A program made the translations under genes and the position numbers. From the IMG/VR virus record IMGVR_UViG_3300009788_000087: DNA of 64,000 nucleotides; one strand, 5' to 3'. Within the stretch, counting starts at the first letter, position 1, and each line of letters opens with the position of its first letter. This DNA comes from a virus. The notes under the pieces were generated by a model that ran no database searches, was not told where the DNA came from, and was given only the letters and a program-made list of their open reading frames with translations. Positions 56,525 through 64,000 of the stretch are shown piece after piece.

Positions 56525-56953
56525 CTAACTCCCAAATAGTGGTTTAGTGCCAGTAGAGAACACAGATGAGATCTTCTTGATGTCTATCCTCTGCACACCA
56601 CTCATTTTTCGTGAAAAGTATGTCCTATACACGTCTTTGTTCCTAATGAAAGGTTTCACAAACTGGATATAGAACTGAACTGGTTCGAGAATGAGAGTGG
56701 GAGGGTCCATCCGCGTTAGGATATCTGTAACCAGCGGAAATCTATGACCCTTTCCCTTTGATTCCGGATCCATAACAACCTTGATTGTTTCACGTTCTGC
56801 GGCTGTCAATCTCTTTAGATCAATAGCATGAACCTTGCCACCCCAATTTGTATGAAGGACAAGTATTTCTTTGTAGATCGATGTTGAACCAGCCCTTGAA
56901 GCAGAACCCATGTAAGTAAATCGTATTACGTCACCAATCTCAAATAGTGCCAT
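56525..56953 (-). CDS. hypothetical protein
   Basis: 142 aa. Confidence 0.65.
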   Translation of the reverse strand: MALFEIGDVIRFTYMGSASRAGSTSIYKEILVLHTNWGGKVHAIDLKRLTAAERETIKVVMDPESKGKGHRFPLVTDILTRMDPPTLILEPVQFYIQFVKPFIRNKDVYRTYFSRKMSGVQRIDIKKISSVFSTGTKPLFGS

Positions 56954-56957
56954 GATA

Positions 56958-57521
56958 TTATCCTGTTAGTTCAAGATCACACTCGACCTCATTGCCCCAT
57001 GAATCCCAACCGTCTGTTTTCTCTCGTGCAAACAGCTCGATGCGCGGTACATAGCTGACAATCTCTATCATCTCTCGCATCTCATCAGGTTTCTGCGAAT
57101 GTCTCTGACGTGGTGCTATGATCGCAGTTCTACCTTGCAGACGACCACCTTCTTCATTTCTTCGATAGGGTAGTCGACCCATGACACCGAACAGACATGA
57201 TTCAGACGCTCCTCTGAAATACTGTCCTAGCCCACACTGCAGTTTCTTGTTAACCTTGACCCAGTCTATCTTCGTAACATACCTGAATCCCCAAGACTGC
57301 ATAATCCTAAGACCGTGTGGCAAGAAGTTATTCGTCACCCACATGTAAAGATGAGAACCTTGTTCATCAGCTATATCACGAACAGGGAGTGCCTCGATCT
57401 CAGCAAGAGACATGACTGGATAGTGTCTATCAGAACCCCAACTTCTTCCTGTCTTATCTTTACCACCAACTTCTTTCCACGGAGGATCAACTAGTATTGT
57501 TCTATATCTCTGATCAGTCAT
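56958..57521 (-). CDS. MT-A70 family N6-adenine methyltransferase
   Basis: ILVDPPW, HYPVM, LYMWVTN, SWGF, HSQKP, IELFARE, WGNE. Confidence 0.9.
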   Translation of the reverse strand: MTDQRYRTILVDPPWKEVGGKDKTGRSWGSDRHYPVMSLAEIEALPVRDIADEQGSHLYMWVTNNFLPHGLRIMQSWGFRYVTKIDWVKVNKKLQCGLGQYFRGASESCLFGVMGRLPYRRNEEGGRLQGRTAIIAPRQRHSQKPDEMREMIEIVSYVPRIELFAREKTDGWDSWGNEVECDLELTG

Positions 57522-57745
57522 ACAACCTCCGATGGTTTCTTAGGTCTATCTTCGCAGTAACCACAATACTGATCAGAACATTGTTTCTCACGCCATTCAT
57601 CACAGTCTTTGCAGAAATATGCATCATATCGTTCATGACGTATAAGCTTACCATGTTTTTCACACACTTGCTTCTTAAGCGTCAAGCGATTCCATTTCCA
57701 ATGCTGAGTCAGTGTCAATCTCCACTTCAGGAATATCCTGATCAT
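57518..57745 (-). CDS. small Cys-rich protein (true start likely near 57668)
   Basis: CEKH..YDAYFCKDCDEW..C....C.YC..RP. Confidence 0.55.
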   Translation of the reverse strand: MIRIFLKWRLTLTQHWKWNRLTLKKQVCEKHGKLIRHERYDAYFCKDCDEWREKQCSDQYCGYCEDRPKKPSEVV

Positions 57746-58841
57746 CGTATTTAATTACCAACAGCTCTTCAAGTTTGCTGTCAATGAATTTCTTAAACTC
57801 TCGATCTCTTAACATCTTGGCCCATTTAGCAGCCCTGAATTTTAATTCACCACTGATGATGCCCTCGTCGGGACCTTTCATGATCATGCAGCCATTTACT
57901 TTTTCAATGACACCGCGCTGCCATAAAAAGTCACGAATGCTATTAGCGTCATCAACACCTGAAGCAAAGAGAATATCGAACTCACACTTTCTCATGGGTG
58001 GACCGAGTCTATTCTTGAAGACCTTCGCATATGTATGGAAACCGAGAGTCTCCTTCAATGCTTTCGCGCCCTCTGCAATCTCCTTAGACTTTGTCAATCT
58101 AATCCTTACGTCGGCATGGTACGGGATCGCCTTGCCGCCAGGAGTTCCCATAGGATCACCAAACATCACACCGATCTTCACCTTGAGCTGGTTCGTAAAA
58201 ACCAGAGTGACCTTGTCATTCCCAATCATTCTCTGAATCTTACGTAGTCCTTTAGCATGTGCCTTGGCTGCGAGTCCAATTCGAGAGTTTGGGTCATAGT
58301 CACCATCAAGTTCTGCTTGAGGTGGTGTCGCAGCAATGGAGTCCCACACGATGCAAACAGGACACTCAACATTTCGTGTCTTTGCCATGAGTATAGTCTT
58401 CTCAATTGCTGCATAACAATCTTCAATAGAACCAGGGTTCATGTAGACAAGCTTATCAATGTCGATGCCCAGTCTTTTCATAAAGTCCGGGCTTGCTGCA
58501 TATTCAGTATCCATATAGATCGCTATGCCGCCTGCTTTCTGTGCATTGGCAAGAATCTGTGTAGCAAGAAGTGATTTACCTGATGCTTCTTCTCCTACGA
58601 TCTCTGTTAACTTGCCTTGCGGAATCCCAACATTTCCTGACTTGTTGGCTATCATCATATCAAGAACTGTAGAACCAGTTGAAATATAGTCCTTTACTTC
58701 TGTCGGGTTCGGATCATTCAGGCTCCACGCGATCGGAAGATCTTCTCCATTGTTCATCTGTTTGATGAGGAACTTCGTTATTGCTCTTTGGTCTTCCTTA
58801 GCTACTGTTACTTCAACAACTTCTTTCTTCTTACGTGCCAT
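57675..58841 (-). CDS. recA: RecA/UvsX recombinase
   Basis: ISTGS, GEEASGKS, DTEYA, WDSIAA, FTNQL, PGGKA, KNRLGPP. Confidence 0.92.
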   Translation of the reverse strand: MARKKKEVVEVTVAKEDQRAITKFLIKQMNNGEDLPIAWSLNDPNPTEVKDYISTGSTVLDMMIANKSGNVGIPQGKLTEIVGEEASGKSLLATQILANAQKAGGIAIYMDTEYAASPDFMKRLGIDIDKLVYMNPGSIEDCYAAIEKTILMAKTRNVECPVCIVWDSIAATPPQAELDGDYDPNSRIGLAAKAHAKGLRKIQRMIGNDKVTLVFTNQLKVKIGVMFGDPMGTPGGKAIPYHADVRIRLTKSKEIAEGAKALKETLGFHTYAKVFKNRLGPPMRKCEFDILFASGVDDANSIRDFLWQRGVIEKVNGCMIMKGPDEGIISGELKFRAAKWAKMLRDREFKKFIDSKLEELLVIKYDDQDIPEVEIDTDSALEMESLDA

Positions 58842-59348
58842 CTATTCATTCACCACCTTGATCTCTCTTGCTTCCAAGTCCTGAAGATCAAATATAAGGT
58901 TGTCCCAGTCATATGCAATTAACCCAACACTAAGGAAATGCTGGACCGCTGCAGCTCGTTCTAATCCCATGAAGTTATGTGAATACAACAATAAATCTTC
59001 TTGTCTGACATTGATCGTCAAGGCATTCTCATATGCAGACCATCTCACGTCCAACTCGCCATTCGTGACATTACCTGATCTTAAGAAAACACCGAACGGG
59101 TTGTCTGTAAGTTGATCGTCATCATGTTCTTCAAACGGAATGAGACATGAAGCTTTTATGTAAAGACACTCGTCTTCAATTGGAAGTGAAAATGAACTAA
59201 ATAATGCATGATCACTCTGTACTCTACAAACAGATATTAATGTTCTACTTCCATCATCTAAGTCTTCGATTTCGCTACCCTTAGTGTCATCAAAATAAAC
59301 AACGAGTCCATCAAATGGCTTACCAAGATTCTTAATTATAAACTTCTT
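58842..59348 (-). CDS. hypothetical protein
   Basis: Likely start MKKFIIKNL. Confidence 0.6.
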   Translation of the reverse strand, partial: KKFIIKNLGKPFDGLVVYFDDTKGSEIEDLDDGSRTLISVCRVQSDHALFSSFSLPIEDECLYIKASCLIPFEEHDDDQLTDNPFGVFLRSGNVTNGELDVRWSAYENALTINVRQEDLLLYSHNFMGLERAAAVQHFLSVGLIAYDWDNLIFDLQDLEAREIKVVNE

Positions 59349-59436
59349 CATGTGTTCCTCACGCAACTCAGGTCTAGAGTGACCACTACATCACTAGGCT
59401 GTAGACTTACGCCACCCTAGACCTGAATATACTTTC

Positions 59437-60276
59437 TTAGCCGGCAGCTAAATCTTTGAACGCGTCATCAATGGATTGCCCACCTTCGACTGGCTTCTCA
59501 GCCGTGTTCGCTTTATACTCAGTACCGCTGTCTTCTACCTTCACATCAGTACCACCGCCACTGATGAAGTCCATGAAGATCTTGTTGACTTCTTCAGTCG
59601 AAACTTCCGGATACACCTCTGACATGTTTGGTACTTTGGCGATCAGTTCTTCTACTTCCTTCTTGCTCTTGGCGAGCTTAGATGGACGCATTTTATTTTC
59701 AACGACCGTGACAGGGAAAGTCTTGGTATTACCCTTCTTGTCTTCGTTCATCGCCTTCTTGAAATCGACAGTAAGATCAAAAGCACTATCGACGTCAGTA
59801 AGAACATCGGTACCTTCCTTCTTTGCGATCTCATTCATCTCTTCATTGAGACACATGTTCAACAGGCGCTCATAGATGGTCTTGCCAAACGCATAGAACT
59901 TAGGCGTCGGGTTATCGTCTTCCCTATCGATCATCGGAATATACCAACGCTCCCTGACCTGAATCTTCTTGAAGAGCTCGAAGTCTGCCTTACGAACTTC
60001 CTCTGGTTTATCGGCTCCCGACTCATCATTCCAGCTACGAAGCTTATCTGCTAGATTGCAGACTGCACATTCATTGCCAAAGTTGTGCTTCGGGCAGAGA
60101 AGGGACCTGACTGCTCCTAGTTCGTAGTGAAATCCAAGCTCAAGGATTGGCTCATCTCCGTGTGGGTAGGGAAGACAACGGATAACATGCTTATCCTTTG
60201 GTTTCCACATGTCGCGACGCTTCTGTGTCTTATTGGCTAGGCCTGCAAGTCGGTCGCGAATCTGCTTTAAATTCAT
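59437..60276 (-). CDS. single-stranded DNA-binding protein (T4 gp32-like)
   Basis: IRCLPY..HY..LCPK..ECAVC, FGKTIY, acidic C-terminus; SD AGGGAG. Confidence 0.8.
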   Translation of the reverse strand: MNLKQIRDRLAGLANKTQKRRDMWKPKDKHVIRCLPYPHGDEPILELGFHYELGAVRSLLCPKHNFGNECAVCNLADKLRSWNDESGADKPEEVRKADFELFKKIQVRERWYIPMIDREDDNPTPKFYAFGKTIYERLLNMCLNEEMNEIAKKEGTDVLTDVDSAFDLTVDFKKAMNEDKKGNTKTFPVTVVENKMRPSKLAKSKKEVEELIAKVPNMSEVYPEVSTEEVNKIFMDFISGGGTDVKVEDSGTEYKANTAEKPVEGGQSIDDAFKDLAAG

Positions 60277-60366
60277 ACTGTAATACTCCCTTTATTAGTG
60301 ATAGTGGTTAATCCACACCTCACCAATAAATAGGCTCCACGGCGGCACTAGACCAATCAATCGTCT

Positions 60367-60885
60367 TTATCTGTTAGTCTTTTTGTGGTGTAGTCTGTCT
60401 ATACAGGTCCATAGAAATGGGTGTGATTCGGACGTCATGTCGTTCCCTGTATAGTACTTCTCGAAACCTATTGCCCAGTACTCTGCAACATCGCTTTTGA
60501 TGCGTGCGTGTACCATAGATCCTGAGAGCATGACCCACTCTCCCACGAGTAGAGGGTCTCCCGAAAACCAGTCGGTTTCCTCATCCACGTGGTGTCCAAC
60601 CTCATGTATAAAAATCTGATCCAGTCGGTCACAATATTCTTTGTTGCAACCTACTCGGATCTTGCCATCACAATAGTCACCTTCAAGTTTTGACTTTAGG
60701 TATGTGAAGTAAATCTCTTTTAGGCCTGAGGTGTGTGAGAGCGGAAATTGAATCTCCTCCATCTTCGACATTAATACTGTCAGCAGGCCTTTAGGCACTT
60801 GTTTGTGGAACTTTATCAGCGTGTCCGACTTGTTTAAGAGAGTGAACGTCCCGTTCTTGTTCTCCACTGCGTTCCACGATTCCAT
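60367..60885 (-). CDS. Zn-dependent metallopeptidase-like protein (HExxH...E)
   Basis: IHEVGHHVD...AEYWAIGFEKYY. Confidence 0.65.
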   Translation of the reverse strand: MESWNAVENKNGTFTLLNKSDTLIKFHKQVPKGLLTVLMSKMEEIQFPLSHTSGLKEIYFTYLKSKLEGDYCDGKIRVGCNKEYCDRLDQIFIHEVGHHVDEETDWFSGDPLLVGEWVMLSGSMVHARIKSDVAEYWAIGFEKYYTGNDMTSESHPFLWTCIDRLHHKKTNR

Positions 60886-61714
60886 TAGATCCCTTTTTTA
60901 GAATAGGATCGACCCTAAACTGTACATCTCCTTTGAATGTTCCAATGAATTTAACGAGTCTATCGATGACCTCACGATCCATGACATAATATCCAAGCTC
61001 TTCATGCACGAATATGACAGAATCTGCCTTCTCAAATAAAATCTCTGATGGTTTGATTGAGTTCCATAGATTATCAAAAATGTCTGAATCGATGAATTCG
61101 TCATCAATCCTAGATAGAATATCATCAACAGAAGAGAACTTGATCCCTGGATCAATTCCCGCGACACGTGCAATCTTAATGAATTTCCTCAGCGGAAGTG
61201 CTACAACTTCGTTGCCAATCAACGCATCAATATTTGTCTCCCGGTCTGCCTTATTACGAAGCTCACTAAGGATTTGTTTCAATCCAAGGATTGGATCTCG
61301 CTTCTTCTTAAAAGTGCGCCCCAAGACAGAACCACGACCAATACCTTTCTCAGTCGCTTCAGCAATATCATTGACTCTATGACAAAGTTCCCAAATACCC
61401 TGCTCTTTAAGGTCCGAGATTAATTCAGAATTAAATGCATCTCTCAATTGTTGAGACACACGACAGATTTTTTCACGGAAGTTCGAAGAAAAAGTCCAAG
61501 GCTCAATGGTTGACCTGAATGCTCCAAGCTGCTTGACCTCAATCTTCTCGCCATCTGGACCGAGCACGTCGAAATCTTGTTTTTCAGCTACAGTTCCACC
61601 AATCTGATGTGCAAGCTTATGCTCACCATTACCTGTTTGTTTGCAGCTCACACCCATCGCAGCGGATGCATCGAACGGTATATCGTTAAGTTTATTCCAC
61701 TTGTGCCAATTCAT
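60791..61714 (-). CDS. PD-(D/E)xK-type nuclease candidate
   Basis: GE..DFDV..KIEVKQ catalytic-like pattern; relatively AT-rich. Confidence 0.5.
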   Translation of the reverse strand: MNWHKWNKLNDIPFDASAAMGVSCKQTGNGEHKLAHQIGGTVAEKQDFDVLGPDGEKIEVKQLGAFRSTIEPWTFSSNFREKICRVSQQLRDAFNSELISDLKEQGIWELCHRVNDIAEATEKGIGRGSVLGRTFKKKRDPILGLKQILSELRNKADRETNIDALIGNEVVALPLRKFIKIARVAGIDPGIKFSSVDDILSRIDDEFIDSDIFDNLWNSIKPSEILFEKADSVIFVHEELGYYVMDREVIDRLVKFIGTFKGDVQFRVDPILKKGSNGIVERSGEQERDVHSLKQVGHADKVPQTSA

Positions 61715-61764
61715 GCATATAAATATTTTCTCTCATACACACGATTGTAAGTAAAAAGAAAAGC

Positions 61765-64000
61765 TTATTTCTCTTCCTCATCCTCTGGCGGAATCTCTTT
61801 ATTATTGACACGATTAAACTGAGCAGTCGACCAAGGAGAAGACTGCGCGCCGCGGCCAGCAGCATAGTGACCCATGCCCGACATCGACATGCTAGTGCCT
61901 GGAGGGGCGCCAAGCTCAGCAATGAATCGTTCAGCGAGCTTTCTTGATGCATGCTCCAACACATCGGGCTCTGCACCAGGTGAATTAGATTTACCTAGAT
62001 CATTGATTATATAATGAGAACCCCGCTTCATCACATTACCACTGTGATAATCAGCGAATTCGATATTGTGTTGTCTCAATTCAGCATGCATTTCAGGAAT
62101 GTTGTATTTCTTTAAGAGATTTATATTGAACCCATACTGTCTCGTTGTAGCCTTTCTAATCTTATTTGCACCCTTGGGATCATTTGGATCTACACCAAGT
62201 TCTTTTGCAGCTTCCTCTTTATATTTTTCATAGAGAGCATTTTCAAACTCTTCCCATGATTTTGTTGCAACAATCTCGATAAGATCATCATGCTCTCCCA
62301 TAAAATCAGTTGCTCTATCAACATCACGTTTTTCAGTAGCGCTAAGTTCTGTCAACTTCTCTGTTACAATACCGTAGATTAATGGCTCCTCTCCAGGAAA
62401 TCTGAATACATCAAAGATCTTTACGACGTGTTGTAAAGCTGTTTTTCCTTTGAGCGAATTGCTGGTCACTGCTTCTCGTGCATCTGTCGTGACTTTAAGA
62501 ACTTTTCCTCCGCCTGCATCAAATGCAATACCCATCGCTCCATGACCAAGATATCCGAGTGATGACGCATTAATACCAGTTCTCTCTTTTAGTTTATCAG
62601 CGTTCACTATCACGATCTTTTCAAGATTATCAATGCCCACTGACTCTAGATCTGGGGATTTTTCTACTTCTGCTTCAGTGATTGCTTCCTGGATAGAGAT
62701 AACATCTTTCATCTCTTCACGCATGTCATCATAGATGTTATCAAACCCCTGTGGATCTGAGATAACGTGTGCGTCGAGCATCTTCTCAACGGTGTTCCTG
62801 TCATTCTTGGCAAGTGCGTCGCGAATTGCAGTGGATGATATTCTTTCCATGTCATCCATGTCATTCTTCACACCAGGAAGTTTCGTGACATTAACGAGTG
62901 CTGGATCGAAGTTGGGTAGATTCTCCCTGTTTGCAGCTGCATGCTGCATCTGTTTCTTCATGCTCTCGAATCTATCGGGACCGACAAGCACGTTGATAGC
63001 AATTTCGGGTTCAATGGATGAATTGTGATCGTTGATAATGTCAGACAACACGCCTGGAATGTAGCCGCTGGCTTTACCTTCCCACTCAGCCACATACACT
63101 TCAACCTTCGGCATGACATCAGGTAGAGATCTTTGCATCATCTCTACTCTTGTCTCGTATGACCACGGATTCTTCTTGTCTCTCTTGTTTCCTGCTACAA
63201 TGACCACGACCTTTGTGAACTTTGATGCTAGGTCACGGATGATCGCTGCATGTCCTTTATGGAAAGGCTGGAAGCGACCGATAGTCACGCCGATAGTGTC
63301 TGCTGGGTTGTAGTTTGGTTCTTCAAACATGCTCTTCACAACTTCAGACACTATGTTATCAACGGTATTCATTGATTCTGAAACTTGAACGCCTGGAACA
63401 TATTCCTTTACCCAATTCGCTGCCCCACGTGAACCGAAATCGTCGTTATCAGCATCCCAATCTTCGAAGTCATGAGAAAGAATCTTCGCATTCGGGGCAG
63501 CTTTCCTAAAGAAATCGACGAGCGCATTCCAATGTATATGAGACAAACCACCACTTTCCAGATCAGAAATATTATGCACTTCTTTCATGTCAGGTGTAAT
63601 TGTTACCATCGCTCCACGATTTTTTAAAACTGGATTATCTCCCTTGTGTAAGACCCATAAGTCTGCACGTTTTGCCAGCATGTCGGGATCATGACCCGTA
63701 TTGCGCCACTCATATCCACCATCTATTTTTACAGCGCTTCTTGAATCACCTCCAGTGATGAATCCAACAAATTTTTCATTTTCCTTAGAACGAAGAAGTT
63801 CCTCATCATTAAGTTCTGATTTTGTTTTGTTGAAGAACTCTTTCACATACTTCCAATATTTTTGATCAGGAGCTCTATTCTCTTTTCCTTTTATCTGAAG
63901 AACTGTTTTATTTGCTTCATTCCACGTCATCGTCACGTGTGGTTTATTGCTTGGATCACGAAGCGAAATTAAATTGCCACGTTCATCTTCACCACAGTGT
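61765..64000 (-). CDS. multidomain protein (partial): PcfJ-like + HxGH nucleotidyltransferase + protein-kinase-like domain
   Basis: Frame open to the edge (HCGEDERGNLISLRDPSNKPHVT..QIKGKEN); GRFQPFHKGH; GHGAMG..VLKVT..DYHSGNVM..NDLG. Confidence 0.8.
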   Translation of the reverse strand, partial: HCGEDERGNLISLRDPSNKPHVTMTWNEANKTVLQIKGKENRAPDQKYWKYVKEFFNKTKSELNDEELLRSKENEKFVGFITGGDSRSAVKIDGGYEWRNTGHDPDMLAKRADLWVLHKGDNPVLKNRGAMVTITPDMKEVHNISDLESGGLSHIHWNALVDFFRKAAPNAKILSHDFEDWDADNDDFGSRGAANWVKEYVPGVQVSESMNTVDNIVSEVVKSMFEEPNYNPADTIGVTIGRFQPFHKGHAAIIRDLASKFTKVVVIVAGNKRDKKNPWSYETRVEMMQRSLPDVMPKVEVYVAEWEGKASGYIPGVLSDIINDHNSSIEPEIAINVLVGPDRFESMKKQMQHAAANRENLPNFDPALVNVTKLPGVKNDMDDMERISSTAIRDALAKNDRNTVEKMLDAHVISDPQGFDNIYDDMREEMKDVISIQEAITEAEVEKSPDLESVGIDNLEKIVIVNADKLKERTGINASSLGYLGHGAMGIAFDAGGGKVLKVTTDAREAVTSNSLKGKTALQHVVKIFDVFRFPGEEPLIYGIVTEKLTELSATEKRDVDRATDFMGEHDDLIEIVATKSWEEFENALYEKYKEEAAKELGVDPNDPKGANKIRKATTRQYGFNINLLKKYNIPEMHAELRQHNIEFADYHSGNVMKRGSHYIINDLGKSNSPGAEPDVLEHASRKLAERFIAELGAPPGTSMSMSGMGHYAAGRGAQSSPWSTAQFNRVNNKEIPPEDEEEK

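Noticed and set aside
46081-58841. Inteins or introns in DnaE, RNR, helicase or RecA
   Set aside because: Lengths are ordinary and motifs are contiguous; no intein splice motifs or LAGLIDADG blocks seen
19094-59000. Interpretation as a bacterial chromosome, given dnaE, recA, radA, nadM and a bL12-like gene
   Set aside because: Dense tiny ORFans, a gp32-like SSB, RNA ligases, block-wise strand organisation and absence of housekeeping operons indicate a phage
8440-59570. Other CTGATGA words (e.g. near 8443, 12018, 15545, 18093, 23257, 27566)
   Set aside because: All lie within coding sequence without the flanking GAAA and stems of a hammerhead
1-64000. tRNA, rRNA or tmRNA genes
   Set aside because: No cloverleaf with a T-loop GTTCRA in intergenic space was recognised by eye; tRNAscan-SE or ARAGORN would be needed to exclude them
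1-64000. Stop-codon reassignment, as in some large phages
   Set aside because: Conserved enzymes are full length in code 11, and TAA, TAG and TGA all end genes with tight overlaps

Overview
The window is a 64-kb segment of a large dsDNA bacteriophage genome (probably jumbo-class and lytic). No rRNA, tRNA, CRISPR, integrase or recognisable structural genes were seen, and the standard genetic code is used. Layout: (i) leftward small genes at 1-1.4 kb; (ii) a divergent non-coding region with a fixed-spacing bipartite triple repeat (1.45-2.0 kb); (iii) a rightward array of about 60 tiny early or host-takeover ORFs (2-19 kb), which includes a candidate type II hammerhead ribozyme at 7259-7319; (iv) an NAD salvage operon (NadM-Nudix plus NAMPT), a membrane metallophosphoesterase, RtcB, DNA ligase and an Rnl2-type RNA ligase (19-29 kb); (v) a convergence point at about 29.2 kb; (vi) a leftward nucleotide-metabolism and replication block containing RadA/Sms, dCMP deaminase, DnaE, RNR, helicase, 5'-3' exonuclease, MT-A70, RecA and a gp32-like SSB. 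The most notable items are: a putative cytosine glyco-hypermodification cluster built around a plant-type UDP-arabinopyranose mutase (RGP) homologue; the hammerhead ribozyme in a genome that also encodes RtcB; a four-copy uncharacterised protein domain family; a TAC-N18-TAnnnT promoter class with a leaderless subclass; and a PcfJ-like/nucleotidyltransferase/kinase fusion running off the right edge. All family assignments come from motifs recognised by eye, and no database searches were run.
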